From positions 32,122,401 to 32,186,400 of the forward strand of contig CM120641.1 in NCBI GenBank assembly GCA_051362555.1: 64,000 nucleotides of DNA. Direction: 5' to 3'. Shown here one piece after another: positions 24,201-36,000 of the stretch; the stretch's first letter is position 1, and every line of letters begins with the position of its first letter. Under the pieces are notes generated by a model, which did not search any database, was not told the origin of the DNA, and was given only the letters and a program-made list of their open reading frames with translations. Source of the DNA: Lingula anatina. Lineage: Eukaryota > Animalia > Brachiopoda. A program made the position numbers and the translations under genes.

Positions 24201-27053
24201 TCTGCAGCAGACAAAGATAAATATGTTACAAATAACAGATAATCTCACCCATGTGTATGCACCAGCGCCCAGAACGTGTAGGGTAATGAATTGGAAATGC
24301 CTTTTGTATTGAACCCACTCATGCATGTTCACGCCCTTTCATCTAAATATCATATTGCATCCTTCGCAGGTCTTTGTTGCAGCAGGTAGGCAGAGCTTAA
24401 TCAGGTCAGGCTTTGTGTTAACTGGGCTGTAGTTTAAGGTACTGCGAGCCCATGTATCAACACATTAATAACCAATCAATAAATCTCTGAGGAGGAAATG
24501 CCCCAACAGGTAGAGAATAACATAGCTGATTAGCACTTGGGTGAAAGTAATATGGAAAAAGGAGTGGAGAAAGAGGGAGAGGAGGCATATATAAAAAAAC
24601 AGGATATATTTTCCAATAAGTATTGCAGTGTGAAAAACACTTGTATATTTTATGTTATAATACTGTTGTACATCACCACAGAGGAAGCAGGACCATCCTA
24701 AACATTACAATTTTGTATCACAAGAGCACTACAAAGATTCTGGTGTTGTACATGCATGAGGACAGCAGCAATCTTCGAAAAAGAATGCGGAGTGGTAAAA
24801 AGTGCTAATACCACTGTCTGTATAAAAAACATTACCAAATTTAACAAAACAAAAAAGACAAAAGGCCTGGAAAATCAGAAAAGGGCATTTCTTGTTTGAA
24901 AATATGTATCGGTAGGTCAAACTTCAGGTCACTTTTGATTTTCCATTAATAGTTTCCTATTCAAAAACAATAACCTTTGGAGATATCAGGGCTAGTAAAT
25001 AATAAAAAGATTATTGGAAGGTAGGTCAAAATTCAAAATAAAGGGTTAAGATCAATTGACCACAAAACTCAACATTAAAGCGTTCAACTACAGAAAAAGG
25101 CAAATATACTGGGCAAGCTTGAACCAAATACCCCCTGTAAGTTAAATGAAGTTGTGATCACTGTTCTGCAACTGGACAGCTGCAGACAAACAGCTGAGGA
25201 TATAACCTAGTATGCCCCTTTGAACAGATTAAATAGAAATACTTTAAAGAATTTTTTTTTTTGACTGAATACTTTAAGTATTAATTTCTCCCAATGTAAA
25301 AATAATCAATCCTATTTAATAATAATTTAAAGGGCCTCGATTCTACATTAATTTTAATTTAATTTTAGTTAAATGCTCTTCCAATATTTTTCACAAAATG
25401 TATGTCCTCAAGTAGTCAAATTATTCATTTGGCTGAATAATTTTGCATTTGAAACATTGTGGCTTGAAAATAAATAATAGATAAAAATATATTTTGACTA
25501 CGTTACCGCAGCATTGTTGTTAATAACAAGTGTAGAACATTATGTAAAATAATGCATTCTGACTGGATTGAGAAATTGAGTAGCACAATTTTAACTTTAA
25601 TTAGCGAGTTCTACGATAAATATAATGGTCAAGCATCAACAAACAGAGACATCTGTCAAAAAAAAAAAAAAAAAAAATTCATTCTGACTGGGAGTCTTGT
25701 TTTATTTTAAGCATACAAATATCATTTATTTGTAATCAGCAACAAAGTTACTCTAATAAATGCATTATTTACAATGATTATGCCAGCTCCTACATTCTTT
25801 GTCTATTTGCAGTAGTAAATGTTATGTCTTGGAGATACAATAAATATAAATACAATTATTTCATCCAATCAATATTTTATATTGATTAACATGCATAATT
25901 CAATGCAGATACCCTTTAGTTGCAAGTAAATAATGAAAATAAGGTTAAACTATTTAAGTAGAATATACACAATAGGTATTACTTATTTTCCACCAAAGAA
26001 CCAAAAGTTCATTTATAAAATCCAGAATTTATTACAGTTGGAAGGATGCTCGTCTTAAACAGTCTCAAAATAAATCACCATACATTGTTACTACTGCCAT
26101 AAAGTGATAAAAATATTGACCAAAGACATAATAAAGTTTATAGAAGCCCTTCTGAGGATTTGAGACTTTAAAAAAAATTGTCCAAGATCTTTACTTCAAG
26201 CATATGAGCTGTCAGCTCACAACAGCTCAACAGTTGTTGCAATGAAATGGTGAAGCAGTGAAGTGAAAACAAAATGTTTGGGTATAATGTATAAGATGTG
26301 AACTATGTGATCTTCATCTCACAGAGAGATTAGCTCTTTGAATGTGTTTGTTCTGCACACATAACATACAGCTAAAGGTTACTAATTCTTCACTCCAGAC
26401 AAGTTTACTGTTTTTATACTCTCTTTGCAACAATTACGGTTGTGATAATTTCATATCTGAAAGATATAGCTTATTTTCTATATGAAGACATGTAAAATAA
26501 AAACCAAAACTCCATGAACTGTCTCTTTAACAAAATAAAAAGGGATCCTCTTCACAGATACAAAAACTAAAACAAAGGAGCAAAACACATATTATCATTA
26601 CAAGGATATCTACAACATTCTATCCTCAAGTAAGCAAGATGTACTCCTGTCATAAAATGACAGTGGCATATCACTGTGCTTTATTTTAAAATTTTCTCCA
26701 AATTACCAACAGAATACAAAAAACATAAAAATTTGAGATGGGAGTCCATTAAAAATTACTAAATTGTAACTGCAAAGCAAAAATGTATAATTGTTTATTT
26801 TTCTCATGAATCTTTCAGCCTTATAACATTACATATGAAGAGTACAGTTCATAAACCTATTGAAATATACTATGTACTCCCCACATAACCTAAAGCCACA
26901 AGTTCTAGAATCAAAACAAGAGCACAGCAAAACATGGTAAAAATGCTTATTAAAATGACAACTCAATATACACATTTTAATCCAGTCTTTACTCATCTGT
27001 CTTCTGTTTATCATTCCCCAAACCTTATATAATAATAATAAAAATTCTACACA

Positions 27054-30000
27054 TTACTTCAGCTTGTACCCTCTGTGTCTCTTACTGAGCCTCTCTCTGT
27101 TCAACACACAGGCACGCTTTGCCTTCTTTGGAGATGCCGGCATCTCATCGGGATTAAGTCTTTTACGAAGCGGTGTCATCGAATCTGCCATTTTGTCCTC
27201 TTCAGGCAAGGGGTTGAAAATCACATCGTCAGTTTTTGATGTCATGGCAGAGTTCATCTTGAGAGCTCTCTGTAGTTGCTCAAACTTGTCAACTGTTTCT
27301 GGCAGTGTCTGTTGAAAGGAAAAATTATGTGAACAAGTACATAATAGTTCAATTATACTTGATTTCTATTTTACTGTTAAAGGACAACTCAGTGGGTTAG
27401 ATATATGTATAGAAGCAGGTTCTATGTAAAACTTTGATCAGATTTGTGTTTTGGGAGATTGTTTATTATTATATGAATAAGTCTGGGTCACAAAAGTCCT
27501 GTTAAGACAACTAGAATAAAGAATTAGAAAACGAAAACTATTTATCATGATTTCGGAGCACAGCCAGAAGTACTTCCGGCTCAAGGTCACGACCTCGATT
27601 TTCCCACGCTTACGACCAATCACAGCAGGCTTCAGTCAGAATGAGATATAGACGTCACGACTACACAGCGAAACTTGTCAGACATGTAAGTGCCGCCTGT
27701 CCATCTTTTCGGTACATGTACCCATCAAAAACAGAAAACGTAAAGCCCAAAACGCTCTTATACACGTAACCAACTTTGTATGAGCACAAATATTGTCATT
27801 TATTGTGAACAGGATAATATGATAATCAGACACACTTGAGACCTGTGAAGCGCATACTCACGTGTCGAGGAGTAGTTTCGCCATTGCCTCGTATGTGAGT
27901 CCTAACTCAGCTTTAAGTGTCCTCCACCGCCCCACCTCCCTCCCAACATACACAGTCTGAGTGCTTCTTCGTCTGTCTCTAATTTTCTTTCGTATCTTTC
28001 GAACTGGAGTGGCTATTTTCTTTCGCCCCCTTTTGTCGCTCTCCTGTTCAGACTTGACGCGCGTCTGAGCCATGTTTGCTGTTTTGGCGCCAAATAGTAA
28101 CATCCGGGTCTCAGCCGTAGTACTTCATTCATAGTAAACCGCGAGACTTAGTGAGAAATTGCGCGTTCTGAAGCCGTACTGTGAGGTGGTAGCTGAGTAT
28201 TTAAGACGAGTCGTCTTTTATTATTTAATGGAACTTAAAAACGGTATTAGGTAGCTTCATTTTCTGAACGGTTTTGGATAGGATATACCTTGGTCATTAT
28301 GGGGAAATTGGTGAGTTTTCCAGGAAAATTCATTTTCGTGCTATTTTAAGGGTTTAACGCACTGAGACTGTCTTTAAACAATTGACCTGGTAAACCTTTT
28401 TTTTTTTTTTTTTGCCTTAATAAGATATTCATTTCAGCCAATAAGTCTGTGCCACACGGATTTTTGAGAACAAGAAAGCTTCATTTATTGGTAGGGTGGA
28501 CAGTCTAGACAAATTGCAGGAAAGCAAGTGAATGAGACCATAATAAATTAAAGGTGAACAGCATTTTGTCTGTGTACAGAAGTTATATGGTCTGCAACAA
28601 CTGAAGGGGAGACTACTAAATTGATGACGCTGGTTCAGTAATGTGAACCCCCTAAATCTTTGCAGATTTCAAGGCACCTTCCTCTCTTCCTCCTGTCCGA
28701 TTTCCACTACTGAGATAGAGGGCATTTAGAACAAGTTGATCTGTGATAAACAGTTCCGCGGACTAAATATGGCTCATTCACTTAAAAGTAATCCCCTGAT
28801 GGCCTCCACACATGCCGTCACTGCAGAGGCTTTGCAATTAGACCTCAGAGCCAAGATTTTATCCATTTAATGGCATGTGGGAAGGGGGGAGACCATCAGG
28901 GGATTAAGTGGCACTGCTTTTAAGTGAGGATGGCCATATTTGGTCAGCTGATCATCTGTTCTGAATATCCTCATAATAAGTAGTGGTATCTTCTGATATA
29001 AGTCAAGGTTATGATACAAGCCAAGAATAATAAAAGATGAATTTTGACTTTTTTGGCCCTCAACTTGACTGTTAAGTTGTATTGTATACAGTGATTTAGG
29101 CAATAGCTAACTTCATTCTATAATGTACAATGTACAGTTATGCTGCACTGAAGAGCAGATTACTTTCTTTTCACATCAGTTTATGCTAGAGCTTTCCAAA
29201 TTGTGAAAGCAGGAGGATAAATATACTCTTCTGTCTACCTGCTATGTATGTTGGACCATAGTCTCTGTATTTACTGTCTTTGGTTTATTGACTTTAAATG
29301 TAATGTTGGAATTGTGAAATGAAGAATAAATTAAAATTGTGTAATTGAATTTTGTTAATTTACAATGAAAAAAATTCTTAATTAAATGAAAATAGTGGTA
29401 TTATTTTGAAGAAATGATACTGTGTTATTACAATGCAAGAAAGTATTAAAAGAGGGCGGAAAAGGATCAATTAAAAAAATTCCTCTTTCTCCCCAAGTTG
29501 TATAGCAGATTAGCCCCTCCCTTCACAATATTTTGGTGTAGTTGGACTCCCTTGATAATTGCGTAAATAGTCAATCCTTTCCATTTGGACTCCCTGTAAC
29601 CAGTAGAGTGAGCACAGGTGGAATAACTGTAACAATGTGTTAGGCAACGCATATATATCTAAAAACTTACCTTCATTAAAGTTTTCAAGTCTTTGCAGGT
29701 CCTCCCTAGCCTTGCCTGTAAATCATCAAAAGACTTGTCCAGAGACGTGGGCTCCTGTGTGATGGAACTCTCTGTTTTGACAACAGCACTAGTCTAAATT
29801 GATATATGGGATATAAATAGATTTCGTCAAACGATTGCAATAACTTAAAATAAATTTCTCAAAGCTATTGGATCACTTGTTGTGATCAGTTTTCAAGAAA
29901 CGTGACCTTTTTCAACTTGCTGCTTTCCATTAGGACAGACAGGATAATAACATACATGATAAAACTATATCAGTTTCAGAAAAAATACTCTATCACACAT

Positions 30001-32961
30001 AAATATTTTTGAATATGTGTAAGTCCATAGAGAAGATGGCATAGTCTACTCTAAAAACTAGATAATAGGAATGGTATTCAAGTGGTCGAAATTAACATTA
30101 GTTTGAAAGCAATTACTTCAAATATGTACACTGTGCAAGAGAATGTAAAAGAAAACACAGCATTGGTAGAATATTTATAAATGTGAAGATATAAATTAAA
30201 TTCATGCCTACCAAGAACTTCTTTTCGGCCTTCCCCTCTCTGCATAAATATTGGGTGCACAAAAGCGGGCAATGCTTTCTGCTCCGTGTGGTTCGTTTGA
30301 TGACCTGATCAAGAGCCGGTAGTAAGGTGGTGTTTACATAATTTCGTCTATCAAGATTTATGGGTTCTAATTCTGAAAAACAATATGAAGAACTGGTGGA
30401 CAAATTGAAAGCAAAATTCACTTGAACACAATATCCAAACTAGAAGATTTAATGAAAATTTGAATTGATCAGTTGACACATTTAGTGGACTACATACACT
30501 CTTAACTCACTTTAATGAATTAAAATACCAACATACTCAGAATTCTCTTTAACTGAAAAAATAAACTATCAATACACAGACAATATGTCATTATGTTGTC
30601 AGAATTTTTTTTGCAAATAGGCCATAAAATATGAGCAAGAGTTACTACAGTGTATTCATTAGCCCATTTCACATCGAGCAGTATATTTTTAAAACTGGAC
30701 TACTCCACTTTGAGAGATAGACAACTTCATGGCTTGGCTATTACTTTTGCCCCTATTCCACACTGATTGTGAATTCAATGAACTGCCAAGAATTGATAAA
30801 TCCCAGGGTTCTTAGTTTAATTGTGGGAAATTCTTTAAGCTCTGAACTGATTCTTATTTATTCTGAGTCAGTTCCAGAATTTCTTATGAGATCGTAAAAT
30901 CAGCACAAAAGTTTTGAACCAGTCTTCTATTTATCACCAGTTGATGTTCTTACTCCAGTTCTAGGACAAGTGCTATTGCTGCTCTATGTTGAATGTCCAT
31001 TTTGGAAGTGAAGCCCAACCAAACTTAGTTCTACCAGATATGTGTAAAATCTCACGATTCCATATGATTTCTATGAACAATGCATCAATTCCTGAAGTAA
31101 AACCCCCTGTAGCATAATTGCATGTTAGGACCTCTCAAAGTAGGCGGTTGGACGGTCCACTTAGATGTATGCCTCAATGTGAAAAAGGAACTTAGCTTAC
31201 CTGGACCCAGTTTCATCAACACTGGATAGTGATATCCTCTGGATAACATTATCCATTAGATAAATTTGTTATCCTAAGGACAGTTATCCTGAGGGTAACG
31301 TAATATTTCTTACAGGCTAGATACTTATTTTCGTCCCTGATATTATTGATATCCAATGGTTAAAAAGGGCTGCAATCCTCAGAATATTCAATGGATAATG
31401 TTATCCATAGGATGGCGCTATCCATTGTTGATAAAACTGGGCCCAGATGTTACCTTACCATCTGTAGCTGCTTCAGAACTAGACTGGCAATCTATCTGGA
31501 TGTTCACATTGAAGGCATTGGCATAAATCTGTAAATAAATTGGATGAACTCTGAGGTATAACAAAAGTAATTTGAAATTTGCCTCTCCTTCTTTTCCCAC
31601 ACTGTGACTACCTTAACAAAATATATCTCCTTCTGACAAAGTTACTTACGCACAGTTTACTTTTATGTATTCTACTTTACTAACTTTCCATCACTGATCA
31701 ATGCTAGTGATGGAAAGTCAGTATTTTGAGCAACTGACCCCTCCCCTCCCCTTCCAATGAAAAGAGAGAATTACCCAAATACCTAGTTTAAATGTAAATA
31801 ATAGGTATGATTGATAAGATTTTTGAATACACAAAGTTCCCATTCCAACATGGGAAATATAAGATTTTCATACAGGGTATTGACGAACCAACTCCTGATA
31901 CCTTGGCCTCATAAACCCTCAGAAAAAAATGAAACATATATAATATTCAACAATGATAGACTCACTCTTTAAGAAATAGATCAACTTTCATGATCTTAAT
32001 GCAAAAACCATAAGTATCTGTGTCTGTACATAAAAATCAGTAAAATCGCAGGTGTTTTACAGCAACTTCAAAAACAGAGCTTGGTATTAACACACATCAA
32101 AATTCTTTTGTGATGGGAACGTCAAAATTTAAGATGGATTCATCAAGCACATGAACAATCTAAAACATATTAAGGCTGCAGAATTGGATAAAAGCAGAAG
32201 ATTTAAGGAGGAACTGGTGAACAACAAAGCAGGAAGATCATTAGGTATATTGAGGGCAAACAAGGGTGATTGTCAGAATAGTTGGGTGAAATAAAGTCCC
32301 AATGATATACATGGACCCTAGCACAGACCAAGTACCAGTACTCAGGCCCGTAGCCAGGGGAGGTTCGGGGGGAGGGGGGGTTCGAAAGAAAAATTTGATC
32401 TTGGTACATTAAGGTTTTATGGGAAAAGGTCCACTTTTTCAGAAAAAGAATCCCCCTTTTGAAATTGCTGGCTACGGGCCTGTACTACTGGGGGCGTCTC
32501 GATAGTCCGAAGGTTCATTGGTCCGAAGGTTCATTGGTCCGAAAAGTGGTAACATTTTCATCGATTTTTTTAATCAAGGGTTCATTGGTCCTTCGGAATA
32601 TCGCTACGGCCCCGTACTACTAGTGCCAAAGTTCCGAGGACTGGTGATGATTTTATCGAAAGAGAGGGGGAAATGTAATCAAATACTTCTGGATTATTAT
32701 CCATGACAACAACTTGAATGATGCAGCAGACTTCAAAAGTATTCAAAAATATCACTTCTAGTTCAACCAAACCGCTGTTTATAGTTTACTTACCTCTGTA
32801 AATCGTTGCCTCAGTCTTTCTTTTTGCTCATCAGTCCAATCTACATTTTTACTTATGATCTTTCTTGTTTCATCATTCACAGCACTAATTATTTCGTCGA
32901 CACACTTTGAACTAACACATGATATTTTACTGTTTACAAAAACTTCACCGTCGTCCGCCAT
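27054..32961 (-). CDS. NSL1: Kinetochore MIS12-complex subunit NSL1 (258 aa, 5 exons)
   Basis: Exons 32794-32961, 31459-31528, 30212-30372, 29671-29793 and 27054-27308, phase-consistent. KISCVSSKCV, AFNVNIQID, LDQVIKRTTRSRKHCP, LMKTLPETVDK..L.RALKM and the C-terminal RGYKLK parallel human NSL1 (RVRCTSKRAV, AVQENISIN, FDEIIVDIATKRKQYP, AMKSLPAL...VLRM, KWYPLR). Head-to-head with TATDN3, as in human. Confidence 0.85.
27381..28373 (-). mobile_element. Kolobok-like non-autonomous DNA transposon carrying a small ORF, in NSL1 intron 4
   Basis: TTAA on both sides (27377-80 and 28374-77), AG...CT ends, imperfect TIR AGGACAACTCAGTG / AGACAGTCTCAGTG. Subterminal GGGAAATTG..TTT.CCAGGAAAATTCATTTT motif is shared with other TTAA elements in the window. 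CpG-rich interior. Confidence 0.75.
27862..28103 (-). CDS. Transposon-borne basic/helical protein exon (probable DNA-binding module), truncated
   Basis: ORF MAQTRVK...RGRKK...RDRRRSTQTVYVGREVGRWRTLKAELGLTYEAMAKLLLDT (ATGs at 28103 and 28073) ends at a consensus donor AC|GTGAGT and lies inside the TTAA-flanked element. Confidence 0.55.
31201..31446. mobile_element. MITE with long TIRs and an internal TATCC-nn-GGATA motif array
   Basis: CTGGACCCAGTTTCATCAACACTGGATAG / CTATCCATTGTTGATAAAACTGGGCCCAG, with about 7 internal TATCC..GGATA-like units. Confidence 0.75.
32343..32482. mobile_element. MITE with CAGGCCCGTAGCC TIRs, copy 2 (internally deleted)
   Basis: Same TIRs and shared AAAAGGTCCACTTTTTCAGAAAAAGAA core as 5127-5295, with TACT on both flanks. 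Confidence 0.8.
32490..32614. mobile_element. Small TIR element with 17-bp internal tandem repeat
   Basis: Imperfect TIR GGGGCGTCTCGATAGTCCGAA / TTCGGAATATCGCTACGGCCCC, GTCCGAAGGTTCATTG repeats, TACTAC on both flanks. Confidence 0.6.
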
Positions 32962-33071
32962 TTGTAAATTTCCGCGCTGGCATTGGCGCATGCGTATTAG
33001 GACCCTGATGCGGAAGTGGCTCACGTTTGTTGTGTTTTGATTTTGTCACAAACAGAAAATTATATCCGTTC
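32962..33071. promoter_or_regulatory. Bidirectional promoter shared by NSL1 and TATDN3
   Basis: 110 bp between the ATGs. Contains TTTCCGCGC (E2F-like, 32969), GCGCATGCGT (NRF1-like, 32986) and CGGAAGTG (ETS, 33011); CCGCCATTT (YY1) overlaps the NSL1 ATG. Confidence 0.8.
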
Positions 33072-36000
33072 ATGGCAATAGTCATAGATGCACATTGTCA
33101 TTTGGCAGCAGAGGAATTCGACGAGGTGAAGTTTTGTGATTGCATTTCTTTCTTTCACTGATATGAAAATAATTATCTTTGGTAAACAGCGGTGATCGCT
33201 TGTTCAACTGTAATCAAAACAGTACCCTGTACGATCTTCTTAGTTCTGTTTGGACTGTAATAGAGTTGGTACAGTAGTGTTACTATTAGTGTTAGTAATG
33301 ATAACAGTAATGCCATAAGTTTTACTTCTTTAATTTTGATTCAATTTGGTGTGAGATGATTGGCACCAGAGTGACAATTCCTTTCTACTGTACTGTACAT
33401 GGACGGTACCGGTACTTTGGTAGATTTGTTTTGTTTCATGCTAAGTATGCAGTCAGATCAGAAATAGAGGCAACGGAGGCTACCCCCCCCCCTCCACGGG
33501 CCCATTTTTTCTTGTGAGTTTGTTGTGAGTTTATTTTTTGACTGACATATTTTCAGTTTTAGCTGTGCTACATATACCTGATTTCATATTTTACTTCAAC
33601 AAATTTAATTGTTATCATTTATCGTTTATTTTAGGACATAGATGATGTCATAACAAAAGGAAAGGAGGTAAATTACTGAGTATGTTTAGATTTTTAACAC
33701 TTAAATAGCCAATCTGATATGATGATGATGAATTGCAAATTACTAGGCTCCCTTAACCAGAGACAATTAACACCTTAAATTCTTTGGTCCTGTCTTATTA
33801 CTGTATAAGCAAAGTCTGCAGTGGCTCAGTCATGCAAAATCCATGCTAAAGCAACAACAGATGTAGTTGGCCAGAATATTACACAGATTGACACATTATA
33901 AATTGGTACTGGATTGGATGTTCAAATCTGGAGTATATATCTTGCATGCAGCAGTTCATATTTATCTCATAAATTTGAGTACAGGTTGTAAAAATATGAA
34001 TTTGAAATAAGTTTAAAAGGCTGTATTCTAAACATACAATATTAAACATGTGGTATGAATGTTAACAATTAGAAATGTATAAGAATTAATGTAATATAAG
34101 CATGCAAAAATCTCAATTTTTTAGGAGTCTCTTGTAAGAATTTCAATCATTAAACGGACATCTACTGGTGCCAATTATGTTAATTGTAAATTAGGCCCCA
34201 TTCCCACAGACACCATATCAGTCTAAGTGGATTGACCCAACTCTGCAAGCATGTCATTCAGTTAAGCTGATTGTACTTAACGAGAGTCCTTGCAGAGTTA
34301 GGTCAATCCATGTACAGTAGACAATGACATCTGGGTATGGGGTCTTACATGTAGTTCTCTTTTAAATCTGTGGATTCAATCTTTTACCAGGCAGGAATTG
34401 CTGCTGCAATCGTGGTGCCAGAACACTTTGGAGAATTTCAAAAAGTGTTAGATCTCGCAGAGAGGTACAGTGGCTTTATTTCTAGTTATTAATCAGTCTC
34501 TGCTTGTCAGTTGTGCTTAAACAATGATAATATTTAATCTGAGATATTTTACTACAAAGTGAAGGTACTTTTCATAATGGAAATGATGGCTTGATTATGA
34601 ATATCATGGTTGTCAAACATCTGGCAATTCACACTTTGTCACCTTTTATTTCAAAGTTACAATTAAGAATTCATTAGGTCACTATCAGCATGCCTATGTC
34701 ATGTCTGGTAATGGCAAAGGTATGCCATTTATGAAGTTAATCATAAATATTTTTTGAAACTTCTGTTGAACATTTTCTAGGTATCCAGATTTCATAGCCC
34801 CATGTCTTGGGGTCCATCCTGTCCAGGTAAATAATGATTTTTAAAGTAATACTGTATGTATATTATTCATTTTTACTTACTAGTCAGCCTGTTCACTAAT
34901 GCAGTTGTGTTTGTGTGAAGCTCCAAATTTATGAATTAATCTCTTAATTTTTTTTATAAATGCTAACAGACAATTTCTTAATGTTATATTGATTATGTGT
35001 AATTAGAAGCGAGACGTATAGGTGTCAAGATGTTTTATAAGTATTGCTACTTAATTTTGGGAGTTGGTACAATGTTTGGCAGGGTAACCATTACCTGAAA
35101 AGACTTCAAGTACTAAAAAAACTATCTGTACCATTCTTACTTGTATGTTTCAGGGTCCAAACCCAAATGAAAGAAGTGCTTGTTTGGAGGTAATGGTCAT
35201 GCAATGAATGTTGGGCATTGTATGATTTTCTGTATCTTTTTAAAATGATTTCCAATGTCTTTTATATGAAAGATCCTAACAGTTTGCAAATGTTTGTGAA
35301 ATATAATGTAAGCTGTTTTTACATTATATGTACATTGTCAGAAGCTCATGCTCCTGTACAAGTTATTTAATACTTCTTAAATCTTTATTAACCATTTTAA
35401 TTTCTGTCTTAAGGATCTTGATGAGGCCAATCCTTTCATTGAAAAGCACCACGACAAAATAGTTGGTATCGGTGAGGTAAGTTCACATGTTGATAAGAGG
35501 CAAATTTCCAGTTATTGAGTTAACATATTGGTCAGTGAAAACTAAGCTGGCAATGTCTTGTTTGTTGTTTATGACAAACAGAACAACTCTATTAATGATA
35601 TCAAACATTTCTTTTGTTTTAAAATTTTGAGTATTTGAGCATATTTGTTGTCAGCAATTTTATTTTAGGTTGGCCTAGATTTTACACCATGGTATATTAA
35701 AATGCCCCAAAACAAAGAGGACCAGAGGAATGTATTCATTAAACAGGTAAACTGTTAATTATAGTTTTAAAAATGGTTATACATTTTCAGCTTTGTGAAA
35801 GGTAATTACAATGGATATGTAAATGAGATATGTATGAAAGGGTTTGGTTCATACTAAAGCAATATAAATGTTATTACATGAAGAAGGGATTTTGTGCTCA
35901 CATGACCGTGACACTTGATTTTGACCTTCCTCATTGTTGTTCACCCATATATAGTACATTCAGTTGTTATCAACAGTAACATTAATTCTTTACAGCTGTT

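Noticed and set aside
27054-28103. ORFs 27858-28103 and 27054-27257 as one in-frame two-exon gene
   Set aside because: The donor is phase 2 but the downstream ORF needs phase 0. The downstream exon fits NSL1 instead.
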